NCBI GenBank assembly: GCA_963708025.1
Contig: CAVPSB010000007.1
Coordinates: forward strand, 1 to 64,000
Origin: an uncultured Candidatus Rokubacteria bacterium
GTDB taxonomy: Bacteria; Methylomirabilota; Methylomirabilia; Rokubacteriales; DASRDR01
Length of the DNA stretch: 64,000 nt
Direction of reading: 5' to 3'
Shown here: in pieces, positions 28,690-38,600 of the stretch
How positions within the stretch are numbered: the stretch's first letter is position 1
Layout: every line of letters begins with the position of its first letter
Made by a program: the position numbers and the translations under genes
The notes under the pieces: generated by a model
Told to the model about the DNA's origin: nothing
Seen by the model: the letters and a program-made list of their open reading frames with translations, nothing else
Databases searched by the model: none

Positions 28690-29346
28690 ATGAAGTGGAC
28701 AGCGCGCTGGACGCCTCTCCTCCTCATCGTGCTTGCCCTGCTCGGGTTCGGAGCGTGCGGCGGCCGCAAGGCCGCGCCGCCCCTGTCGGCCGTCGTTGAC
28801 GCCCCGCTGCTGCGGGCCGGCTCGAGCTGGAGCTACCGGGTCACCGATACGACCTTCAAGGAGCCGCAGACGCTGACCCTGACCTTCCAGAAGGAGGACA
28901 TCTACAAGAACACCGGGGTCCTGGTCTTCGCCTCCGGCGCCGAGACCCTGTACTACGACCGTGACCTGAACTTCGTGGCCGTCATCCAGAACGGCCGGGT
29001 GGTCCGGGAGGCGTCGCCGTCCTATCGCGCCTTCGACTTCCCCTTCTACGTCGGCAAGGAGTGGCGGTCCGTCTTCACCTTCCAGGACTACGCCCGGACG
29101 CTCTCCTGGTCGCCGGTGGAGGTCTTCTGGAAGGCCAAGGAGTACGACGTCGTCAAGGTGCCGGCCGGGGATTTCCGCTCGTTCAAGCTAGTCAGTGATC
29201 CCAGCACGAACTGGGGGCTGGAAGAAGAGGTCTGGTACGCCCCGGAGGTCAGGCAGGTCGTGAAGTGGAAGCACGATCGTACATCCGCCCACTACCTCGG
29301 GAAGGGCAAGCAGACCGGCGAGCTCGTGCAGTACGCCCTGAAGTAG
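28690..29346 (+). CDS. Putative lipoprotein (beta-rich)
   Basis: Signal peptide with FGAC lipobox; VKVPAGDF and WYAPEV motifs. Confidence 0.75.
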   Translation: MKWTARWTPLLLIVLALLGFGACGGRKAAPPLSAVVDAPLLRAGSSWSYRVTDTTFKEPQTLTLTFQKEDIYKNTGVLVFASGAETLYYDRDLNFVAVIQNGRVVREASPSYRAFDFPFYVGKEWRSVFTFQDYARTLSWSPVEVFWKAKEYDVVKVPAGDFRSFKLVSDPSTNWGLEEEVWYAPEVRQVVKWKHDRTSAHYLGKGKQTGELVQYALK

Positions 29347-29360
29347 CCGCGGGAGGACCG

Positions 29361-30761
29361 GTGACCGCCCACGACCTCAAGATCGAGCACGGAACCGTCA
29401 TCACCCTGGATGGCCAGCGCCGGATCCTCAAGGACGGCGCGGTCGCCATCCAGGGCGACCGGATCGCCGCGGTGGACAAGACGGCCGCCCTCGCCGGCCA
29501 GCCGGCCGCCCGGACCATCGACGCCACCGGCCGCCTGGTGCTGCCGGGGCTCGTCTCGGCCCACTGCCACAACGTCCAGGCCCTGGCCCGGGGGCTCGGC
29601 GACGACGTCCCGGTCGAGCTGTGGACCTACGGCCGCATCTATCCCTACGAGACGCTGTTGACGGAGGAGGACGCTTACTGGTCCACGCTGCTCAACTGCG
29701 CCGAGATGATCCGGACCGGGACCACCTGTCACGCCGATCCTGGCGGCTACGTGATGGACGGCGTCGGGCGGGCCCTGACCGAGTGCGGAATGCGCGGGAT
29801 CTTCGCGTGGGCGGGAATGGACGACTTCCCGAAGGGGTTCGCGCCGCCGCCCGACTTCCCGGGGCGGAAGACCACCGAGGAGACGCTGGCCGCCAACGAG
29901 CGGCTGGTCAAGCGCTGGCACCAGACGGCGAACGACCGGGTGCGGGTCGGCTACGGCCTCCGCGTCGAGCCGAACGTCTCCGACGAGCTGTTCCAGGGCG
30001 TCCGGGACTACGCCGACCGCGATCAGACGCTGGTCCAGTTTCACTGCCTGCTGCTCGGCCTGTCCCAGGTGATGAAGGAGCGGGCGGGCATGAGCACGGT
30101 CCAGTGGATGGCCGGTCTCGGCGTGCTCGGGCCGAACTGGCTCCTGGCCCACATGAGCGACGCTTCGGACTCCGACGTCGTCATCGTCAAGATGCACGAC
30201 GCCAAGGTGGCCCACAATCCGGGCGCCTCGATGCACTCGACCTACGGGGCGGCGTCGAAGGGGAAGTTCCCGGAGCTGCTCGAGCGCGGGGTGACGGTCG
30301 GCCTCGGCTGCGACTCCACGGCCGCCAACAACAGCCTGGACATGTTCCGGGCCATGCAGCAGGTGGCGACGGTCCACAAGGAGGTGCGGCTCCAGGCCGA
30401 CCTGATCGCCCCCGAGAAGGCCCTGGAGATGGCCACCATCGACGGGGCCCGGGCCCTCGCCTGGGACGCCGCCATCGGGTCGCTGGAGCCGGGCAAGCGG
30501 GCGGACGTGATCGTCGTCAACACCTGCCGGACCAACTGGACGCCCATGCACGACTTCTCGATCGTGCCCAACCTGGTGTACGCCGGGGAGGGGGCGGACG
30601 TCGAGACGACGATCGTGGACGGCCGGGTCCTGATGGAGAACCGGCGGCTCTTGACCATCGACGTGGAGAAGGTGCTAACCGAAGGACAGCGGATCGCCGA
30701 GCGGATCGTCCGACAGCTCCCGTACCAGGAGACGCTGCGTCCGCGCTGGCCGATCGTGTGA
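29361..30761 (+). CDS. Amidohydrolase, MtaD/SsnA/AtzA-like
   Basis: PGLVSAHCH, EMIRTGTT, LAH, GLGCD, ATIDGARAL, GSLEPGKRAD. Confidence 0.9.
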   Translation: MTAHDLKIEHGTVITLDGQRRILKDGAVAIQGDRIAAVDKTAALAGQPAARTIDATGRLVLPGLVSAHCHNVQALARGLGDDVPVELWTYGRIYPYETLLTEEDAYWSTLLNCAEMIRTGTTCHADPGGYVMDGVGRALTECGMRGIFAWAGMDDFPKGFAPPPDFPGRKTTEETLAANERLVKRWHQTANDRVRVGYGLRVEPNVSDELFQGVRDYADRDQTLVQFHCLLLGLSQVMKERAGMSTVQWMAGLGVLGPNWLLAHMSDASDSDVVIVKMHDAKVAHNPGASMHSTYGAASKGKFPELLERGVTVGLGCDSTAANNSLDMFRAMQQVATVHKEVRLQADLIAPEKALEMATIDGARALAWDAAIGSLEPGKRADVIVVNTCRTNWTPMHDFSIVPNLVYAGEGADVETTIVDGRVLMENRRLLTIDVEKVLTEGQRIAERIVRQLPYQETLRPRWPIV

Positions 30762-30771
30762 GGGAGAAGAC

Positions 30772-31722
30772 ATGAGCGTGCTCGCCGAGAGACTGAGCTA
30801 CACCGCGCAGGACGGCTGGGGGAAGCTGCCGGAGGGCTGGCACTACGTCGAGGCGACCTCCGTCGGCGTGGACAGCCAGGGCCGCGTCTACGTCTACAAC
30901 CGGGGCGAGCACCCCGTCATCGTCTTCGACCGCGACGGCAAGTTCCTCCGCTCGTGGGGGGAGGGCGAGACCGTCCGCGCCCACGGGATCACGATCGGCC
31001 CCGACGACTCGGTGTGGCTCACCGACGACGGCGCCCACACCATCCGCCAGTTCACCGCCGACGGGAAGCTGCTGCTCACCCTCGGCAGCGCGAACAAGGC
31101 GGCCGATCCCCACAGCGGGAAGCCGTTCAACCGGCCGACCCACGTGGCCCTGTGCCCGCGGACCGGCGACGTCTACGTCTCCGACGGCTACGGGAACTCG
31201 AGCGTCCACAAGTACGACCCCCGGGGGCGGCACCTCCTCACCTGGGGCGAGCCGGGCACCGATCCCGGCTGCTTCAACATCCCCCACAACATCGCCACCG
31301 ACGCCGAGGGGCTCGTCTACGTGGCCGACCGGGAGAACCACCGCGTCCAGATCTTCGACGGTCAGGGGCGTTACCAGGGGCAGCTCAACAACCTGCACCG
31401 CCCCTGCGGGCTCTTCATCGATCGGCGGAACGGCGGGCGCGTGTACGTCGGGGAGCTGCCAAGCCACCTCCCGGTGAACGCGGCGGTCCCGAACCTGGGC
31501 GCCCGGGTCAGCATCGTGACCCTCAAGGGCGACCTCATCGGCCGCGTCGGCGGCCGCTTCGCGGGAGAGAAGCCCGGGGAGTTCGTCGCCCCGCACGGCC
31601 TGGTCGTCGACGCTCTCGGCGACATGTACGTCGCCGAGGTGGCGTGGACCGCCAAGGGTCGCCACGAGACGCCGCCCCGCGAGATCCGCTCGCTGCAGAA
31701 GCTCAAGCTGGACGGCGGGTAG
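30772..31722 (+). CDS. NHL-repeat protein (peptidyl-alpha-hydroxyglycine lyase-like)
   Basis: AHGI, FNRPTHVA, YVSDGYGN, PHNI, YVADRENHRVQIFD, PHGL. Confidence 0.88.
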   Translation: MSVLAERLSYTAQDGWGKLPEGWHYVEATSVGVDSQGRVYVYNRGEHPVIVFDRDGKFLRSWGEGETVRAHGITIGPDDSVWLTDDGAHTIRQFTADGKLLLTLGSANKAADPHSGKPFNRPTHVALCPRTGDVYVSDGYGNSSVHKYDPRGRHLLTWGEPGTDPGCFNIPHNIATDAEGLVYVADRENHRVQIFDGQGRYQGQLNNLHRPCGLFIDRRNGGRVYVGELPSHLPVNAAVPNLGARVSIVTLKGDLIGRVGGRFAGEKPGEFVAPHGLVVDALGDMYVAEVAWTAKGRHETPPREIRSLQKLKLDGG

Positions 31723-31952
31723 TCCGGGCCGGGCCGGGGCCGTGCGCTTGACTGCGGGGTGAGACGGGCCTAAAGTCCCTACCACAGGCGCAAGCCCGGG
31801 ACGTCCGGCCGCCGGGGGTGCAGCGTGCCCTGGATCGGATCGTCGGACAACCCTTCGAGGCCCTCGCCGACCATGAGAATGGCCAGCGGGGGCCTTCGTG
31901 TTTTCGCGGACCGGGAGAGGCGAGGGCAGGCGTCTGGAAAGGAGCGACCGCC

Positions 31953-32471
31953 ATGATCCAGCCCGACGTGACGAGCCCGGCCCGGGACGAGGTGAAGCCC
32001 GTCAGCTCCGACATCTACCAGGAGGGGATCCTGGCCGGCCTCCTCGGCGCGGCGGTGATCGCCCTCTGGTTCCTGATCCTGGACACCGCGTGGGGGCGGC
32101 CCCTCTATACGCCTTCCGTCCTCGGCGCCGCCCTATTCCGCCGGGAACTCGCCGCCTCACCCGGCCCGGTGCCGATCTCGTTCGAGATGGTCGCGGCCTA
32201 CACCTGGATCCACGGCCTCCTCTTCTGCGTGATCGGCGGGCTCGCCTCGCGCCTGCTGACCCTGGCCGAGGAGCGGCCGAACGTGGGCTTCGGCATCGTG
32301 CTCCTGTTCGTGGTGTTCGAGTTCGGCTTCGTCGGGGTCGCGCTGGCCTTTGCCGAGCCGCTGCTCCACGCGCTGACCTGGCCGGCCGTGCTGATCGGGA
32401 ACCTGCTGGCGGCCACGGCGATGGCCGTCTATCTGTGGCGGCGGCACCCCCACCTCACCATCCAGCCCTAG
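31953..32471 (+). CDS. Hypothetical multi-pass membrane protein
   Basis: Four hydrophobic segments; AAAGGAG SD. Confidence 0.75.
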   Translation: MIQPDVTSPARDEVKPVSSDIYQEGILAGLLGAAVIALWFLILDTAWGRPLYTPSVLGAALFRRELAASPGPVPISFEMVAAYTWIHGLLFCVIGGLASRLLTLAEERPNVGFGIVLLFVVFEFGFVGVALAFAEPLLHALTWPAVLIGNLLAATAMAVYLWRRHPHLTIQP

Positions 32472-32680
32472 TGGGCAGGGCCGATGAGCGTCGCAATGTC
32501 GATCTCGGTCGTGGGACGTCGCTCGGCCGCAGGCCTCGCGTACGTCCGACAGGTCGTCGTTTGGACGGCCTTCGGCCTTTGGGTCGTCGCCGATCCTCGG
32601 TGTACTCGGAGTACGCCTGCGGTCGGCAGACTCCCGGCGTCCGAGCGCTGCTCGCTCCTCGGCCCTGCCCCCGAGAAGGT
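32468..32680 (+). repeat. Family B structured repeat
   Basis: CTAG-TGGGCAGGGCCGATGAGCG ... CGCTCCTCGGCCCTGCCCCCGAG; internal GTACTCGGAGTAC and GGCCTTCGGCC hairpins. Confidence 0.9.
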
Positions 32681-32714
32681 GGCCATCCCCCATGGCTTTG
32701 AAGCTTCGAGGAGT

Positions 32715-32816
32715 CTAGTGCGCTAGTCGCGCGATCGTCGAGCCGATCAGGACGACGATGAGGACGGCGACGATCGCACCGATTCCGGCTGCCCACATGC
32801 GCGCATGGTCGCTCAT
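32715..32816 (-). CDS. Small single-TM peptide (33 aa)
   Basis: [47 protein letters not shown] overlap with the upstream gene. Confidence 0.55.
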   Translation of the reverse strand: MSDHARMWAAGIGAIVAVLIVVLIGSTIARLAH

Positions 32817-33808
32817 GACTTCTCCCTCCGGGTGGTCCGGGTGAGCTGCTCGATCAGGGTCGTGTCGGCGGGTGGGAAGGGCAGGCGAGCCATCTCCCGC
32901 GGCGTGACCCAGCGGACGGGCTGATTCTCGCGGGGCTCGACCGGCTGATCTCCGATCTCGCAGCGGAAGAAGTGCAGCACGACCCGCTTCTCCGGATAGG
33001 TCCAGGGTACGACGGCGAGGCGGTCGCCCACGCGGGCGTCCACGCCCAGCTCCTCGGCTAGCTCCCGCCGCAATGCCGCCTCCAGGCTCTCGCCGGGCTG
33101 TCGCTTCCCGCCGGGAAACTCCCAGAGCCCGGCCAGATGCTTTCCTTCGCCCCGCCGGGTCACGAGGTAGCGGCGGCGGCGCGACACGACGGCGGCGACG
33201 ACCTCGACCACCGGGTAGCCGGCGCGGGCGGCCAGCTCGGCGAAGAGGGCGAGCAGCGACGGCCGGTACCCTGGCCAGACGCTCGGGTGGCGGCTCGCGT
33301 TCGCCGGGTGGAGGAGGACGACGACTTCGCGGCCGTCCCGCGAGAGCCGCCTCCCGTGGTCGTCCGGCAGGCGGATGGGCTGCGGGACGACGGCGCGGGC
33401 GGCGACGCCGCCGACGGCCACCACGACCGACGGGTCGAGCGCGGCGATCTCCCGGGCAAGGAACGGGCCGCAGCGGACCACCTCCGAGCGCAGGGGGCCC
33501 CGGTTCGCCGGCTTCCGACCGGGGGCGGACGGCCAGCACTTCACCGCGTTCGTGAGGTAGAAGAGGTCCTCGAGATCGAGGCCCAGGCGGCGGATCTCGC
33601 GGCGGAGCACCATCCCGCCGGCCCCCGTCCACTGCCGCCCGTTCTCGATGCTGGCGATCCCGGGCGCCTCCCCGACGAGCATGAAGCGGGCGTCGCGCCG
33701 CCCGGCGGCGGCGCCCGGGAACTTGCGGTACGGCTGCATGGTCGGGCAGACCGTGCAGCGTCCGACCGCGCCCAGGAGGCGGCCGAGCCCGCGGGAGGCG
33801 GCCGTCAT
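32813..33808 (-). CDS. Family-4-like uracil-DNA glycosylase fused to a MutT-type Nudix domain
   Basis: CTVC, VGEAPG, TNAVKC.P, C.PFL, LHPA, then [29 protein letters not shown]. Confidence 0.9.
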   Translation of the reverse strand: MTAASRGLGRLLGAVGRCTVCPTMQPYRKFPGAAAGRRDARFMLVGEAPGIASIENGRQWTGAGGMVLRREIRRLGLDLEDLFYLTNAVKCWPSAPGRKPANRGPLRSEVVRCGPFLAREIAALDPSVVVAVGGVAARAVVPQPIRLPDDHGRRLSRDGREVVVLLHPANASRHPSVWPGYRPSLLALFAELAARAGYPVVEVVAAVVSRRRRYLVTRRGEGKHLAGLWEFPGGKRQPGESLEAALRRELAEELGVDARVGDRLAVVPWTYPEKRVVLHFFRCEIGDQPVEPRENQPVRWVTPREMARLPFPPADTTLIEQLTRTTRREKS

Positions 33809-34497
33809 CGGCCGTCCCAGGGGAAGGCCCGGCAGAAGCCCCGCATGGGACACGGCAGGCAGAGTGGCTTGCGCGGGGTGCACCAGGTGGCGCCGAAGTC
33901 CATCAGGGCCTGGTTGAAGTCGTAGACGCGGGCGCGGGGCAAGAGGATCTCGGCCAGCCGCCAGAGCCCCGCCGTGCCGAGGTGCCGGCCGTCCTTGCCG
34001 TGGAAGACGCGGCCGAGGACGCGGCGGACGTTGGTGTCGAGGATCGGCGCCCGGCGACCGAAGGCGAAGGAGAGAACGGCCCCGGCGGTGTAGCGGCCGA
34101 TCCCCGGCAGCGCCTGGAGCGCCGCGTCTTCGTCGGGGAGCCGGCCGCCGTAGCGGGCCATGGCCTCGCGGGCGATGCCGTGGAGGTGTAGGGGCCGGAT
34201 GTTGTAGCCGAGCGGGTACCAGGTGCGGCGCACCTCGCTCACGTCGGCGGCCGCGAGGTCCGCGAGGGTCGGGTACCGGCCGAGGAACTCCCGGTACTTG
34301 GGGATCACTCGCTCGACCTGGGTCTGCTGGAGCATGATCTCCGATACCAGCACATGATACGGGTCGCGGGTGCGCCGCCACGGCAGGTCGCGGTGGTGCC
34401 GCCCGTACCAGCGAAGCAGCGCCTCCCGAAAGCGCCGGCGCAGCGCCGGCGAGGGCGCCGGGTGACGCGGAGCCCGGCCGGCCCTGGCCCTCGTCAC
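33805..34497 (-). CDS. mutY: A/G-specific adenine glycosylase (catalytic domain only)
   Basis: [50 protein letters not shown]....C. Confidence 0.88.
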   Translation of the reverse strand: MTRARAGRAPRHPAPSPALRRRFREALLRWYGRHHRDLPWRRTRDPYHVLVSEIMLQQTQVERVIPKYREFLGRYPTLADLAAADVSEVRRTWYPLGYNIRPLHLHGIAREAMARYGGRLPDEDAALQALPGIGRYTAGAVLSFAFGRRAPILDTNVRRVLGRVFHGKDGRHLGTAGLWRLAEILLPRARVYDFNQALMDFGATWCTPRKPLCLPCPMRGFCRAFPWDGR

Positions 34498-34502
34498 GCC
34501 CG

Positions 34503-34671
34503 CTACTGCTGGGCCTGCCGGCCGGCGCCCACCGTGACATCGACGTCCAGCGAGCTCACGCTCGATCCCCGGTAGCTGCCCTTGATGGGAGTGACGTCCG
34601 CGTAGTCACGGCCGTAGGCGACGCGGACGTAGCGGTCGTTGACCCACGCGGTCGTTGGCAGGACGGCTCAT
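34503..34671 (-). pseudogene. C-terminal remnant of a transglutaminase-like gene
   Basis: Minus strand reads WVNDRYVRVAYGRDYADVTPIKGSYRG...LDVDVTV; no catalytic N-part and an in-frame TGA just upstream. Confidence 0.65.
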
Positions 34672-34704
34672 TTGCCGCATCTCACCCCGGGTTGACGGGA
34701 GCTG

Positions 34705-35289
34705 TCAACAACCTTCGGTGTTGGCGGCGGTGGCGATGGTGGCGGCGGGAGGGAGCGGCTCGACGAAGCGGCGGACGCGGAACCGGTAGAGCCTGACCGC
34801 GGCGTCGGCGGCCAGCCCGGCCTTGCCGCGCGCGATCTCGAGCTGTCGCTCGACGCTCTCCACGCCGTCGAGGTCGGGCAGGAGGACACCGCGCCGCTCC
34901 TCGCACTCGACAAGGACGCCGTAGATCTTCGGGTCCAGGTCCCCCGGCCCCGTCACGGCCTCGAGGGCCTCCACGACGTCAACCTCGTAGCGGAGGTCGG
35001 CCAGCTCGTCCGGACGGACCGGAGGGAAGCGCGGGTCCGTGGACGCGGCGGCGATGGCGCAGGCCACGATCTCGCGGGCGATGTCGGGGCGGGCCGGCGC
35101 CAGGGTGCCGACGCAGCCGCGGAGCCGGCCCCGCGCCCGGAGGGTCACGAACACCCCGCTCGGCCGGCCCAGCGCCTCCGGCACGTCGGGCGGCGGCCCG
35201 GCGACGAGACCCGTGCGGACGTACCGCTCCACGGCTTCCCGGGCCAGCGCGAGGGCCACCAGGCCGGGCGCGTCCAGGCTCTCGCCCAC
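34705..35289 (-). CDS. amrA: AmmeMemoRadiSam protein A (AMMECR1 domain)
   Basis: GVFVTL...LRGCVGT, AA..DPRFPPV, GVLLPDL. Confidence 0.88.
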   Translation of the reverse strand: MGESLDAPGLVALALAREAVERYVRTGLVAGPPPDVPEALGRPSGVFVTLRARGRLRGCVGTLAPARPDIAREIVACAIAAASTDPRFPPVRPDELADLRYEVDVVEALEAVTGPGDLDPKIYGVLVECEERRGVLLPDLDGVESVERQLEIARGKAGLAADAAVRLYRFRVRRFVEPLPPAATIATAANTEGC

Positions 35290-35333
35290 CGCCGAATCAT
35301 GCGCCCGCCCCAACCCCCGATCAAGCCCCGCTC

Positions 35334-35342
35334 TGCTATAAT
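35334..35342 (+). promoter_or_regulatory. Extended -10 promoter element
   Basis: TGcTATAAT 25 nt upstream of the ygfZ-like ATG. Confidence 0.5.
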
Positions 35343-35367
35343 GCGCCGGTAGGAATTCTTCCGGATC

Positions 35368-36450
35368 ATGGCCACCCGACTCCCCCTGCACGATCTCCAC
35401 GCGGCCCTCGGCGCGCGCTTCGGCGAGGCCGACGGCCGTCTGCTCCCGCTCCATTACGGCGACCCGGCCGCCGAGCATGCCGCGGTGCGCGAGCAGGTGG
35501 GGATCGTCGACCGGTCTCAGCGCGGGAAGATCGAGGTCACCGGGCGCGACCGGGTGGCCTTTCTCCAGGGGATGCTATCGAACGACGTCAAGGCGCTCCA
35601 GCCCGGGCAGGGGTGCCCGGCGCTATTCCTCGACGCCCACGGGAAGATCGTCTCGCTGCTGACCGTCCACGCACTGGCGGACCGCCTCCTCCTAGAGATG
35701 GACCGCCACCTCGTCGAGCCGACGCTGGCGGCGCTCGACCGGTTCCTGATCTCCGAGCGCGTGGAGTTCGAGGACGTGAGCGAGGCCTCCGGCATCCTGA
35801 CCCTGGCCGGTCCGGCCGCGCGGGGCACGGTGGAGAAAGTCGCCGAACAGGCGATTCCCGAGTTGGCGCTCCACCATCACGCCGGCCTGGGCGCCGACGG
35901 TCTCGAGCTGCGGGTCGCGGCGAGCGAGGAGACCGGCGAGGAGGCCTTCGACCTGTGGGTCGGCCCCGAGGGGCTGTCCAGGGCCTGGGGGCGCGCGCTC
36001 GCCGCCGGCGCTCGGCCGGTCGGCCGGGAGGCCTGGAACGTCCTGCGCGTCGAGGCGGGGGTCGTGTGGCACGGCGTGGACGTGGACGCCTCCACGCTCG
36101 TCATGGAGGCGCCGCTCGAGTCCGCCTACTCGCTGAACAAGGGCTGCTACATCGGCCAGGAAGTGATCGCGCGCGTCACGTACCGGGGCCACGTCAACCG
36201 GAAGATCGTCGGCTTCCGGTTCCCGGACGGGCGGATCCCGGCGCCGGGCGCTATCGTCCGGGTCGGTGACGCCGAGGTCGGGAGGATCACGAGCCCCGTC
36301 GTCTCGCCCCGGCTGGGCGGGCTCGCGCTGGGCGTCCTGCGGCGGGAGCACTGGGCGCCGGAGAGCCGGGTCGAGGTCGTGGCGGAGGGCGGCACGTTGA
36401 CGGCGGAGGTGGCCGAGCTGCCCTTCTACCGGCGCGGGGCGCGCGCCTGA
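35368..36450 (+). CDS. ygfZ: Folate-binding YgfZ/GcvT-family protein
   Basis: [16 protein letters not shown] and the YgfZ signature [12 protein letters not shown]. Confidence 0.85.
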   Translation: MATRLPLHDLHAALGARFGEADGRLLPLHYGDPAAEHAAVREQVGIVDRSQRGKIEVTGRDRVAFLQGMLSNDVKALQPGQGCPALFLDAHGKIVSLLTVHALADRLLLEMDRHLVEPTLAALDRFLISERVEFEDVSEASGILTLAGPAARGTVEKVAEQAIPELALHHHAGLGADGLELRVAASEETGEEAFDLWVGPEGLSRAWGRALAAGARPVGREAWNVLRVEAGVVWHGVDVDASTLVMEAPLESAYSLNKGCYIGQEVIARVTYRGHVNRKIVGFRFPDGRIPAPGAIVRVGDAEVGRITSPVVSPRLGGLALGVLRREHWAPESRVEVVAEGGTLTAEVAELPFYRRGARA

Positions 36451-38558
36451 TGTCATCCGACGCGACCGGGGCGACCGCCGCCGGCCGACGGCCGAACCGG
36501 CTGGCCCGGGAGAGCAGCCCCTACCTCCTCCAGCACCAGCACAACCCGGTGGACTGGTTCCCGTGGGGGGACGAGGCGTTCGAGCGGGCCCGGGCCGAGG
36601 GGAAGCCCATCCTGCTCTCGGTCGGCTACTCGGCCTGTCACTGGTGCCACGTGATGGAGCGCGAGTCGTTCGAGGACCCTGCCATCGCCGGCCTCATGAA
36701 CGAGCACTTCGTCAGCGTCAAGGTGGACCGCGAGGAGCGGCCAGACGTCGACTCCATCTACATGCAGGCCGTGCAGTCGATGACCGGCCACGGCGGCTGG
36801 CCGATGACGGTCTTCCTGACCCCCGAGGGCGTGCCCTTCTACGGGGGGACCTACTTCCCGCCGGCGGACCGCCACGGCATGCCCGGCTTCCCGCGGGTGC
36901 TGGAGGCGGTGTCGGCGCACTACCGGGACAACCGGGGGGATGCCGAGGCGGCCGGCCAGCAGCTCCTCGACCAGCTCCGCCAGTCCGGCGCGGTGCGGGG
37001 CGGCGCCGACCTCCTCTCCCGGGCGATCCTCGACCGGGCGTTCGGTCAGCTCGGCGCCGACTTCGACCGCCAGCACGGCGGCCTGGGCCGGGCGCCCAAG
37101 TTCCCGCAGCCCATGGCGTGGGAGTTCGTCCTGCGCTACTGGCGGCGGACGGGGGTGCCGAGCGCGCTCCAGATGACGCGGCTCACCCTGACCCGGATGG
37201 CGCGGGGCGGCATGTACGACCAGCTCGGCGGCGGGTTCCACCGCTACTCGGTCGACGGCGAGTGGCTCGTCCCCCACTTCGAGAAGATGCTCTACGACCA
37301 GAGCCAGCTCGTCCTCCTCTACCTCCAGGCCTGGCAGGCGACGGGGGAGGCGGAGTACCGGCGGATCGCCGTCGAGACGCTGGACTACGTCGTCCGCGAG
37401 ATGACCGACCCCGAGGGGGGCTTCTACTCGACCCAGGACGCCGACTCCGAGGGGGAGGAGGGGAAGTTCTTCCTCTGGAGCGAGGCCGAGCTGGGCGAGG
37501 CGCTCGACCCGGAGGAGGCGCGGGCGGCGGCCCGCTACTGGGGGGTCGCGGACGGCCCCAACTTCGAGGGGCGGAACATCCTCCACGTGCCCCGGGAGCC
37601 GGACGCGGTGGCATCATCGCTCGGCCTGTCCCGGCCGGCGCTGGACGACCTGGTGGCCCGCGCCCGGCGGAAGCTGTGGGAGGTGCGCGAGCGCCGCGTG
37701 AAGCCGGGGCGGGACGAGAAGGTGCTGGCCGGCTGGAACGGCATGATGCTGCGCGCGTTCGCCGAGGCCTCGAGAGCCTTCAATCGCCCCGACTACCGGG
37801 CGGTGGCCGAGCGGAACGCGGCGTTCCTGCTCGGAGCGCTGCGCCGGGACGGCCGGCTCCTGCGGACGTGGAAGGCGGGCCGGGCCAAGCTCCTCGGCTA
37901 CCTCGAGGACTACGCGATGGTCGCCGACGGGCTCGTGGCGCTCTACGAGGCCACGTTCGACCGCCGCTGGCTCGAGGCGAGCCGCGAGCTGGCCGACGAG
38001 CTGCTCCGCCTCTTCTGGGATCCGGAGGCCGAGGCGCTCTTCGACACCGGGACCGACCACGAGGCGCTGGTCGTGCGGCCCCGGAATCTCTTCGACTCCG
38101 CGGTTCCCTGCGGGACGTCGGTAGCCGCCGACGTCCTGCTGCGCCTGGCCGTCCTGACCGGCGACGATCGTTACGAGCGGATGGCGGTGACGGCGCTCCG
38201 CCCGATGGCGCCGCTCATGATGCGCTACCCGTCGGGCTTCGGCCGCTTCCTGTCGGCCCTGGACTTCCACCTGGGCCCGCGGGTGGAGGTGGCGCTGGTG
38301 TGGCCGGCCGGGAGCCCGGCCGACGCGACCGAGCCGCTGCTCCGAGAGGTCTTCTCCCGCTACTTGCCGGCGCGCGCCATCGCCGGAGCCCCCGAGGGCG
38401 GGACGGCCGGCCTGCCCCTGACCGAGGGCAAGGCGCCGCGCTCGGGATTGGTGACGGCGTACGTCTGCGAGCAGTACGCGTGCCAGGCGCCCACGAGCGA
38501 CGCGGCGGAGCTGGGTCGCCAGCTCGAGAGCCGGGCGGGGGTCGCCGCGCATGTCTGA
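36450..38558 (+). CDS. Thioredoxin-domain protein, YyaL/SSP411 (DUF255) family
   Basis: [42 protein letters not shown]. Confidence 0.93.
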   Translation: MSSDATGATAAGRRPNRLARESSPYLLQHQHNPVDWFPWGDEAFERARAEGKPILLSVGYSACHWCHVMERESFEDPAIAGLMNEHFVSVKVDREERPDVDSIYMQAVQSMTGHGGWPMTVFLTPEGVPFYGGTYFPPADRHGMPGFPRVLEAVSAHYRDNRGDAEAAGQQLLDQLRQSGAVRGGADLLSRAILDRAFGQLGADFDRQHGGLGRAPKFPQPMAWEFVLRYWRRTGVPSALQMTRLTLTRMARGGMYDQLGGGFHRYSVDGEWLVPHFEKMLYDQSQLVLLYLQAWQATGEAEYRRIAVETLDYVVREMTDPEGGFYSTQDADSEGEEGKFFLWSEAELGEALDPEEARAAARYWGVADGPNFEGRNILHVPREPDAVASSLGLSRPALDDLVARARRKLWEVRERRVKPGRDEKVLAGWNGMMLRAFAEASRAFNRPDYRAVAERNAAFLLGALRRDGRLLRTWKAGRAKLLGYLEDYAMVADGLVALYEATFDRRWLEASRELADELLRLFWDPEAEALFDTGTDHEALVVRPRNLFDSAVPCGTSVAADVLLRLAVLTGDDRYERMAVTALRPMAPLMMRYPSGFGRFLSALDFHLGPRVEVALVWPAGSPADATEPLLREVFSRYLPARAIAGAPEGGTAGLPLTEGKAPRSGLVTAYVCEQYACQAPTSDAAELGRQLESRAGVAAHV

Positions 38559-38600
38559 GGTGCCCTCAACTCCCTCAACCCCAGAAGGAGGAACACGCCT

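Noticed and set aside
29361-30761. Amidohydrolase as the aminofutalosine deaminase of the mqn pathway
   Set aside because: It lies 15 kb from the mqn genes and lacks the HxxE Glu; no sequence support.
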